Source of the DNA: Candidatus Cloacimonadales bacterium
Lineage (GTDB): Bacteria; Cloacimonadota; Cloacimonadia; Cloacimonadales; JAFGVF01
Assembly (NCBI GenBank): GCA_963667035.1
Contig: OY762964.1
Span: forward strand, 2,560,001-2,624,000
Reading direction: 5' to 3'
Length of the DNA: 64,000 bases
Part shown: positions 56,920 through 64,000 of the stretch, in pieces
How the letters are laid out: every line of letters starts with the position of its first letter
How positions within the stretch are numbered: the stretch's first letter is position 1
Made by a program: the position numbers and the translations under genes
Notes under the pieces: model-generated
Databases searched by the model: none
Told to the model about the DNA's origin: nothing
Seen by the model: the letters and a program-made list of their open reading frames with translations, nothing else

Positions 56920-59900
56920 TTAGTTTGGTAAGGCAGCGTCAGTACTATAGTTATAAACCATAACCTGTGTAGTAGTTGTTGCAGCTGTACCTAGTAATCT
57001 GAAGGTAATCTGAGCCGGAGTTTGTCCAGGTGTAAAAGTTTGTATATCATATGGTCTAATTTCATATGCATTCAAAGCCCACCAGAATTCGGCCACGCCA
57101 TGCTCATAGTTTCCTTCTTGATTTAGCCAGAAGTTTGTTACATCAACATCAGCTCCATCATTTTCAGGATCATTTATTGGGACAAATTCATCAAGTGTTC
57201 TAGGACCAAATGACCCTCCATCCCAAGGTGAATTTTGAGCACCAGCATTAACAAATATACCTCTGTCAGCCACTGCAGTAATAAAAGCACCATCAATAGG
57301 ATTACCTTGTCCATCGGAGAGTTTAACCTTACACAAAGATGCCACTGATAACCATTGATAACCCGCACCTGTTGCTGGATTCTCTGGCCAGAATTCAAGT
57401 TCACCAGGCATGGCTACTGCTTCAATCTGAGGAGAATTAAGAGGTAATTGAAGAGTACTTTCTCCAGTAACTATTTCACCATCTGCTCCAACAGTAGCTG
57501 CAATAACAGTTACATTATCAAATGTATTAGTTCCATGGTATGTAAGAGTAGTATATGCAATACCTGCTAAAGAGTCACCTTCTATACTTTCATTTCCAAC
57601 ATAAGCTTCAGCAACAATACTTGCAGCAACATCAGCAGGACGTTGTAATGAGAAGGATACACTTGTTCCAAAATCTACAGGGTTACCCCAGTGATCTTTA
57701 ACATTAGCACCAGCTATAATTCTCCAAATACCACCACCCATTTCATCTCCAGTATCAAAGTCGCCAATAAATGGTTCAATAACCTCTGGAGGACCTGCAT
57801 GAATTACTATGTTAGATTTGCGAGCATAAATAGCTCCATCAAGAGCTGCTGCTGCATCGTTTATATATGTATTATGAGCTATTTTAGTAGAAACAAGTAC
57901 ACTTAGGATACCTGATTCATCACCTGCATTCACAGATACCTGAGCTATGCCACCACTTGATGTTACTTGAACAGGATCTTCATCCCAGCCAAAATTCTCA
58001 TTATTCAAGTTTGCACCACTAGGAACATCAGAATTTCTTAACCAGAAATAGAGAACTGTTGGATTATTCAAGAGGTTACCATTAATATCTTTTAAATTAA
58101 CACTCAGAATTGCAGATTCCTGTCCACCAGTTCCTGCAACATTAATGTCAATTTGGGTATCAGTAGTAAATGATATTGAATAAAGTTCATCTGAAGTAAC
58201 TGTAAACACAAACTGTGACTGTAAAGTATCTTGATTTGCAGAAATAGTCATATTAGCAATACCAGCCTGAAGACCAGGAGTAAAATTGACCTTTGCAATA
58301 CCGTTTGCATTTGAGTTTCTTATAATCTCTTCATCTTGAGATTCGAAAGTTCCGAGATCAGTTAAGAATTTAACTGCAGCTCCAGGACACATATTATTAT
58401 ATGCATCTTTTACTTTTGTTTGAATCTCAATATCATAAGGGCTATTTACAGGACATTCATCTGTTGTATCTTGAATAGCACCTGAATCTTTATCTTTTAG
58501 GTAAGAAGTAATTTCTAAAACTGCGGGTCTACCGTTTTTAACTGTAAACTGATGAGATACAGGATCTACACCAAATATTGATGCAGTAACAGTACCGACA
58601 TCTGCTCTAAGTCCAGTATTTAAAACTATAGAAGCAGTACCATTTGAAGTAGGTACAGTGATAGCATTTCCTAACACATTTTCAGAATCATCTTCAAAAC
58701 TACCTAAAGTTGTTGAAAATGCGACTAAGGTATTGTCAGAAACATCATCACCATTAGTGTATTTAGCAGAAGCGGTTATTACAACAGTTTGAGCTACTCT
58801 AAATTCATCGGCTATAGCACTAAGAAAAAGAGATTCAACCGGTGGAACTTTCTTAACTTTAACAATAACAGAATCTCTTGAAGTTGATATTACTACATCT
58901 TCATTAACTTCTGAGTATGATTTAACAACTGCTTCGACCTTAGCATCAAGTTCATTTAAATCGTCTTTTAGACAGTTATCATCCCAAAATGCTGTAGTTG
59001 CAACACCTGAGCTGTCAGTAGTAATTTGTCCAATAATTCTACCATTATTAGTTTTAAATCTAACTGGAACTCCAGATGCAGCATAATCTTCATTGTCTTT
59101 AACAACAACTCTGATATTTGAGAAAGTGATATTATTATCTGAATAGATTTCACCTGGTGTTGCTGTTATAGAATCTATTCTATAAGTTGAAGCAATACTC
59201 TCAATAGTGAAGGTTTTCTTCTGTTGATAGTTACCAACTCTAATGTATATGTTACATTCACCTGATTCATTTCCGGTATTCAATGTAAGAGTTGCACTTC
59301 CATTTTGAGTTAATACCATTACAGAATCACCTAAAGCACCATTAGTAGTATTCTCAAAGAATCCCTTATCAGTTCTATAAGTTAAAACTGTGTTATCAGG
59401 AACATTCTCACCTTGAGAATCTTTTGCAGTAGATTTAATATTAACTTTTTCGTTAATAAACGGATTAGTTACTGCAACTTCTTGGTTATCGATAGTTTTC
59501 GTAATGTCTACTTTAATGTTAGCAACATCAGGAACTTCAACTATCTTCACATTTATACTAGCTTCGTCAACTACTACTGTGTTTTCTTCATTATCTACTG
59601 TTGGAGAAGTAACATAAGCAGTTACCGTAGCCATTCCATAATTACTGTCATCATAAAAAGTTGCTGTTGCTACGCCGTACTCATCTGTGGTAGAACTTGC
59701 AATAAGTTTACCGAGATCTTTCTTAAAAAAGACTGTAGCTCCAACTACTGGATCATTATCTTCATCTTCAACATAAACTGATATATCTGCGAAAGTACGA
59801 CCACCATCAAGGTAAATTGAATCAGCAGTTGTAGTAATACGCACAATCTTCATCATAGTTGCTGGTTCATTAGAGGGCTCAACAGGTGAGCGATCATCGC

Positions 59901-59976
59901 AGCCAACAAATAATAAAGCAGTCAAAAGAAGAAGAGCTGATAATATTATTTTATACTTATTCATATCAAACCCCAT
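56920..59976 (-). CDS. Large lipoprotein with tandem invasin/intimin-type Ig (Big_1-like) repeats
   Basis: Lipobox LFVG-C; repeats V.D...N.V.G..V.F.T..G......TD..G.A. Confidence 0.78.
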   Translation of the reverse strand: MGFDMNKYKIILSALLLLTALLFVGCDDRSPVEPSNEPATMMKIVRITTTADSIYLDGGRTFADISVYVEDEDNDPVVGATVFFKKDLGKLIASSTTDEYGVATATFYDDSNYGMATVTAYVTSPTVDNEENTVVVDEASINVKIVEVPDVANIKVDITKTIDNQEVAVTNPFINEKVNIKSTAKDSQGENVPDNTVLTYRTDKGFFENTTNGALGDSVMVLTQNGSATLTLNTGNESGECNIYIRVGNYQQKKTFTIESIASTYRIDSITATPGEIYSDNNITFSNIRVVVKDNEDYAASGVPVRFKTNNGRIIGQITTDSSGVATTAFWDDNCLKDDLNELDAKVEAVVKSYSEVNEDVVISTSRDSVIVKVKKVPPVESLFLSAIADEFRVAQTVVITASAKYTNGDDVSDNTLVAFSTTLGSFEDDSENVLGNAITVPTSNGTASIVLNTGLRADVGTVTASIFGVDPVSHQFTVKNGRPAVLEITSYLKDKDSGAIQDTTDECPVNSPYDIEIQTKVKDAYNNMCPGAAVKFLTDLGTFESQDEEIIRNSNANGIAKVNFTPGLQAGIANMTISANQDTLQSQFVFTVTSDELYSISFTTDTQIDINVAGTGGQESAILSVNLKDINGNLLNNPTVLYFWLRNSDVPSGANLNNENFGWDEDPVQVTSSGGIAQVSVNAGDESGILSVLVSTKIAHNTYINDAAAALDGAIYARKSNIVIHAGPPEVIEPFIGDFDTGDEMGGGIWRIIAGANVKDHWGNPVDFGTSVSFSLQRPADVAASIVAEAYVGNESIEGDSLAGIAYTTLTYHGTNTFDNVTVIAATVGADGEIVTGESTLQLPLNSPQIEAVAMPGELEFWPENPATGAGYQWLSVASLCKVKLSDGQGNPIDGAFITAVADRGIFVNAGAQNSPWDGGSFGPRTLDEFVPINDPENDGADVDVTNFWLNQEGNYEHGVAEFWWALNAYEIRPYDIQTFTPGQTPAQITFRLLGTAATTTTQVMVYNYSTDAALPN

Positions 59977-59981
59977 AAAGT

Positions 59982-61394
59982 TTAGTTTTCTTCATCTTCG
60001 AACTTAATCAACCGATTTCCCATTCTTTCGTCTAACTGAATTTCTCTTTGCTCTTCATTGAGGTCAACGATTCTAGGTGTAATCTCAATAACAAGGTCAG
60101 TATTGGTAATGATTTCATCACGATGCTGGAAAAGTTTACCAATAAAAGGAATGTCTCCAAGTAATGGAAGCTTATTAGTGCTTTGTGAAATATTAGATGT
60201 TAATAATCCACCAACAATAATTTTCTTTCCACTTGGAACAGTTACGGTTGAATTTATTTTTCTAACTTTTGATCTTGGAACATATCCGCCAACTAATTCA
60301 GTAACTGAACTTACTTCAGGACTTAAAGTTGTAGTTATGTCTCCATCTTTATTAACGGTTGGTTTTACTTTCAGCTTTATACCGACTTCTTCTTTCTCAA
60401 CTTGGACTTCTTTGTCACTATTTAACACAACATAAGGCACTACTTCACCAATATGTATGTCAGCTTCTTCACCATTAAGTGCTGTTAAGCGTGTATCGGT
60501 TAACATTTTTGCAGCATTATTTTCCATTAACCAATCAATTGTAACATCGAATGCATAAAGTTGACGACTGAAGTGTCCAAAATCATCCCAACTTTCCATT
60601 CTTTCAAAATACTGCTCTTCTGGAAGAACTTCAAAAGTTGTTGGATCACCATGCGGTAAGGCACCTGTTTCATCAGTATAACTATAAGGTAAGCCTGTAC
60701 CATCAGCACTGCGTGTATCTTCGGCAAAAATAGTTGTTAAATGATTGAGTTTTGACCAGTCGATACCATATTTTTTGGAATCTTCTATAGAAACTTCAAT
60801 CATTCTTACTCTAATTTCGATCTGTTGCTGTTCTGTGTCTAACTCTTTAATTCTTTCAATGATTTCATTGAAAGTCTGAGGGTTACAACGAACTAAAAGG
60901 GCATTTTGTCCTTCTACAGCAACGATTTCACCAGGCATATCTTTAAATGCTGCCTGAATTTTAGCTGCTTCAACATAATTTAAATAGATGGTGTAGCTTC
61001 TCTCTCCAGCTTCTTCTTGGATTTTCTGCTTATCACCAACTAAGAAAGTGTTTTCGCCAATTACTCTGTAAGTAAGACCAACTGATTTTGAAACAAGCTC
61101 AACAGCTTGTTCGATTGGTACATCTTTAAGATGTACGGTAATTTGAGAGAACTGATCACCCTCTCCAGGTTTTTCATCTCCCTTAGAATCTACTGCCAGA
61201 ACTATGTTGCAACCACTCATTTTTGAGAGAGCAGTCAACACAGAAGACAGCGTTGCATCGTCTGTATCTATTGTAACTTTCTTATTAAGCATCTCTGATT
61301 CAGTGAATGTTACTGCAAACAGAGCACTAACACTAATCATTAAGAAAGTTACTATTAAGATAATCATTTTACGAGAAAAAATCGAAAGTTTCAT
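59982..61394 (-). CDS. pilQ: Secretin (PilQ/GspD family)
   Basis: QIEIRVRMIEV, GIDW, G.KLKVKP, IIVGGL, KLPLLGDIPFIGKLF, ITPRIV. Confidence 0.9.
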   Translation of the reverse strand: MKLSIFSRKMIILIVTFLMISVSALFAVTFTESEMLNKKVTIDTDDATLSSVLTALSKMSGCNIVLAVDSKGDEKPGEGDQFSQITVHLKDVPIEQAVELVSKSVGLTYRVIGENTFLVGDKQKIQEEAGERSYTIYLNYVEAAKIQAAFKDMPGEIVAVEGQNALLVRCNPQTFNEIIERIKELDTEQQQIEIRVRMIEVSIEDSKKYGIDWSKLNHLTTIFAEDTRSADGTGLPYSYTDETGALPHGDPTTFEVLPEEQYFERMESWDDFGHFSRQLYAFDVTIDWLMENNAAKMLTDTRLTALNGEEADIHIGEVVPYVVLNSDKEVQVEKEEVGIKLKVKPTVNKDGDITTTLSPEVSSVTELVGGYVPRSKVRKINSTVTVPSGKKIIVGGLLTSNISQSTNKLPLLGDIPFIGKLFQHRDEIITNTDLVIEITPRIVDLNEEQREIQLDERMGNRLIKFEDEEN

Positions 61395-61409
61395 AATTTC
61401 TCCTATTCT

Positions 61410-61946
61410 TTACCAGTTATATTCAGGTGCTTTATCTTGTTGGATTTCTATAGGTTTAGGTGGGATAGGCTGTTTTACCATTTCCTTTGTTTCACCATTC
61501 TTAGTATAGACTACTTTACCATCTTTGATTTCAATAATCTTTCTACCTTTAACTTCATCTCCAACGCCATAATAATGAGTCTCTCCATCGTGTGCAATTA
61601 TAGCCATACTATTTCCATCTTCGTCAATTGAAGTGCCGGCAAGTCTAATCATTCTTTTAACTTGATCTTGCCATATCTTAAGCATATCTCGTTTGTCTTG
61701 GACAATCAAATCCTGCTTTAGCGGATCTTTTTGAACATTAAACGTAAAAAGCTTTCTATCTGAGATGGATTGTTCGATGGATTGGATTTGTGCCATTAAT
61801 TCCCCATCAAGTTTTTGCTCTTTATACTTTGAGTCTTTTGGGACTTCTTCTACTGTCTTATAGGAAGTGACATTCAGAAAGACAAAAACAATGATTGCGA
61901 TAAATGTTAATGTAATCGCAAAATCTTTTAAATATCTGAATTCCAT
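61410..61946 (-). CDS. PilP-like pilus assembly protein
   Basis: Between pilO and the secretin; N-terminal TM, KDPL, RLAGT..AII..Y.VGD.V.G. Confidence 0.6.
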   Translation of the reverse strand: MEFRYLKDFAITLTFIAIIVFVFLNVTSYKTVEEVPKDSKYKEQKLDGELMAQIQSIEQSISDRKLFTFNVQKDPLKQDLIVQDKRDMLKIWQDQVKRMIRLAGTSIDEDGNSMAIIAHDGETHYYGVGDEVKGRKIIEIKDGKVVYTKNGETKEMVKQPIPPKPIEIQQDKAPEYNW

Positions 61947-62500
61947 TATGCCTCCTTAAGGACCTTAAAGACAGACAGTTCTATAGAAACTGTGTACATT
62001 GTAGCTTGACCGTCTGATTGTACTTTTGTCTTATCATATATAGGCTTAACTTCTAAATAAGTAATCTTTATTATATGATCAAGACTTTCAAGTTTAGATA
62101 AAAATCTTCCCATTTGGATGTAATTACACTGAAGCTCCATTGTATAATTTTGTTCCACAAGATTAGCTCTTGTAAATACTTCCTTCGGGAAAATGTTACT
62201 AACAGAAATCTTATAGCTATCAGCTAAAGCAGCTAAATCTTTCACAAATTTGTTTGTTTCTTCAGTTTCAAACTTCTTTGTTTTTGTTAAGCTGTTCTGA
62301 ATTATTCTGGAGAATTCACTTAACTCTTCATTCATAATCTTAGCACTATTAAGTTTCTCTTGAGCAACTTTAATTTTTTTATCAACTCTTTTAATCTCTT
62401 TAAGCTCATTGTTAATCATCGAGCTTCTTAGAGAAATAAAACCGGCAACAAACAGAGCAATCACGATAAGGAAAATAAGGTACTTTTGTCTCATATTCAT
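61946..62500 (-). CDS. pilO: Type IV pilus assembly protein PilO
   Basis: TM, coiled coil, Y.QMGRFLSKLESL..I..I pattern; operon position. Confidence 0.75.
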   Translation of the reverse strand: MNMRQKYLIFLIVIALFVAGFISLRSSMINNELKEIKRVDKKIKVAQEKLNSAKIMNEELSEFSRIIQNSLTKTKKFETEETNKFVKDLAALADSYKISVSNIFPKEVFTRANLVEQNYTMELQCNYIQMGRFLSKLESLDHIIKITYLEVKPIYDKTKVQSDGQATMYTVSIELSVFKVLKEA

Positions 62501-62511
62501 AATGTTACTCC

Positions 62512-63102
62512 TTATCTTCTTTTACGTTTCGAATAATCTTTGCCAACCGCATCAACTTGGAACCTCAAAATATCAGTATCCTTCTCTCTGTCTCTTGTGG
62601 ATTTAACAAATTTGATATCAGGGAAATCAGTACTAATCTGCTTGTTTTCTTTCAAACTTGTAATGAAAGAATCAATAAGATCAAACTCCTTCTCATTTCT
62701 ATCAATCTTTGTTATTCCATAAAGACTTAATGTCCCTCTTTTAAAAGAGAAATGAGTTATTGCAATTCGCTTTTCAGTTTGCTCAGCTAATGCTACTAGT
62801 TTTTTAGCCCAGAATACTCTTTCATTGAATATTTGAGCCAACCTATCTAGGTCATTACTTGATAAATAGTCACCACTGGTTTTATACGATTCTATTTGCT
62901 TATTAATGTCTGATAACAAATCTTTTCTGTTTTGTACTTTTTGTTGTAAGTTCTTTTGTAAGTATATAACAAAGCCAAACATTAACAAGGATCCTATAAT
63001 GAATATTAAGAGAAATGTTGTGAAAACTTTTCTTTCATTCTCTTGTTGTAACCGCAACTCACCATACTTATTCAGGTTAATTTTGAAATAAAATTGTTCC
63101 AT
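62512..63102 (-). CDS. pilN: Type IV pilus assembly protein PilN
   Basis: INL motif before the TM, coiled coil, W...L..L pattern; follows pilM. Confidence 0.7.
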   Translation of the reverse strand: MEQFYFKINLNKYGELRLQQENERKVFTTFLLIFIIGSLLMFGFVIYLQKNLQQKVQNRKDLLSDINKQIESYKTSGDYLSSNDLDRLAQIFNERVFWAKKLVALAEQTEKRIAITHFSFKRGTLSLYGITKIDRNEKEFDLIDSFITSLKENKQISTDFPDIKFVKSTRDREKDTDILRFQVDAVGKDYSKRKRR

Positions 63103-63111
63103 AACTTCTCC

Positions 63112-64000
63112 TTACTCAGCTCTCATGGCAAGTCCGATCGCAAGACTTAATTGAGGATCTTGTTTATCTTTAAGTTTCTCAGGCATCTCTAAACCTACAA
63201 ATGGATCAAACACTTCTGTAGGAATATTTACTTTTGATTCGATATATTCAGGTAAACCTTTAAGCTTTGCAGATCCACCCATTAAGATAATTTTGCGGTA
63301 ATCACTGTTTCCAGCATCTTTTACATAGTATCTTAATGATCTTCGAACTTCTTCAACAATCTGCTCATGGGTAGATTTCTCTGAAATATCTAGTAATGAG
63401 ATTGACTGAGTATCCTCGTCAGAATCACCAGATCCAATACCATTCTCAAATTTGTATTCTTCAGCTTCATCAAAAGCAATATCTTTTTTGCGCATAATAT
63501 CTTTAGTGAAATTCATTCCACCAAGATTAATGTCACGGGCAAAATATTTTGATTTTGGGCCAAAGATAACAAGATTAGTTCTGTGTGCACCAATATTTAA
63601 AATGATATAAACGCCATCCTCTACCATTGTATTTAAGGCAAAACTATTGGCTACTGCTAATGGGTCTACGTCCACCATATTAGCAACTAAGCCGGCTTGT
63701 CCTAAAATATTTGTATGAGTTTGTACCATATCCTTGGTTGAAGCTGCTAACAATATATTCATATTATTAGTGTTTTCTTCAATATTAAGGACTTGATAAT
63801 CTAGCACCATTTCATTACCGGAAATCGGTATATGTTTCTTTGCTTCAAAGAATAGTGCTGATTCCAACTCTTCGTCAGGTAGGAATATTGTCTTAATCTG
63901 CTTAATACTGATATCGTCACCACCAATTGATGAAACAACGTGTTTCATTTTTCTTGGTTTAAGCTTTAAAGTTTTAAGCATTTCAGAAATTACCGGACCA
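63112..64000 (-). CDS. pilM: Type IV pilus assembly protein PilM; 5' end lies outside the window
   Basis: FEAKKHIP..LDYQ, DVDPLA, NIGA..T, GG..FT, LMGGSA, LAIGLAMR; frame open upstream of 63981 to the window edge. Confidence 0.9.
   Translation of the reverse strand, partial: GPVISEMLKTLKLKPRKMKHVVSSIGGDDISIKQIKTIFLPDEELESALFFEAKKHIPISGNEMVLDYQVLNIEENTNNMNILLAASTKDMVQTHTNILGQAGLVANMVDVDPLAVANSFALNTMVEDGVYIILNIGAHRTNLVIFGPKSKYFARDINLGGMNFTKDIMRKKDIAFDEAEEYKFENGIGSGDSDEDTQSISLLDISEKSTHEQIVEEVRRSLRYYVKDAGNSDYRKIILMGGSAKLKGLPEYIESKVNIPTEVFDPFVGLEMPEKLKDKQDPQLSLAIGLAMRAE

Noticed and set aside
1..64000. tRNA, rRNA, riboswitch or selenocysteine recoding signals
   Set aside because: None recognised by eye in the intergenic regions or at TGA codons; a covariance-model search would be needed to exclude them.

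Overview
AT-rich bacterial chromosomal segment. Several very acidic secreted proteins end in an NYPNPFNP...GVYFY...KMILMK (FlgD-Ig/T9SS-type A-like) sorting domain, which points to Candidatus Cloacimonadota or a related FCB lineage (inference). Most genes are on the minus strand. From left to right: a C10 (streptopain-like) peptidase, a frameshifted IS200, a giant modular surface protein, an M28 peptidase, a dense DnaA-box cluster with no dnaA nearby, clostripain, buk, a CoA-disulfide reductase/rhodanese/TusA/DsrE operon, and an IS1182 inserted in a terminator. Next comes a ~9.3 kb plus-strand island (17627-26920) bracketed by a degenerate duplication of a host gene's 3' end and terminator. 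The island carries two 5'-truncated RHS toxin/immunity modules (one with a colicin-M-like tip, one with a frameshifted Cys/His tip) and a partial pseudopilin/GspF (T2SS-like) operon. After it: a GlmL/MutL-like gene pair, an HhaI/HinP1I-like GCGC restriction-modification system embedded in the purS-purQ-comF operon (GCGC is almost absent from the window), xylAB, a second paralogous giant surface protein, chromate transporters, mnmA, murA, prmC, a third giant secreted protein and a pilM-N-O-P-Q-(Ig lipoprotein)-pilB-pilC cluster. Two unrelated-sequence intergenic elements share an architecture of 5+5 inverted 11-bp-phased repeats. All family calls come from motif recognition by eye, not database searches.
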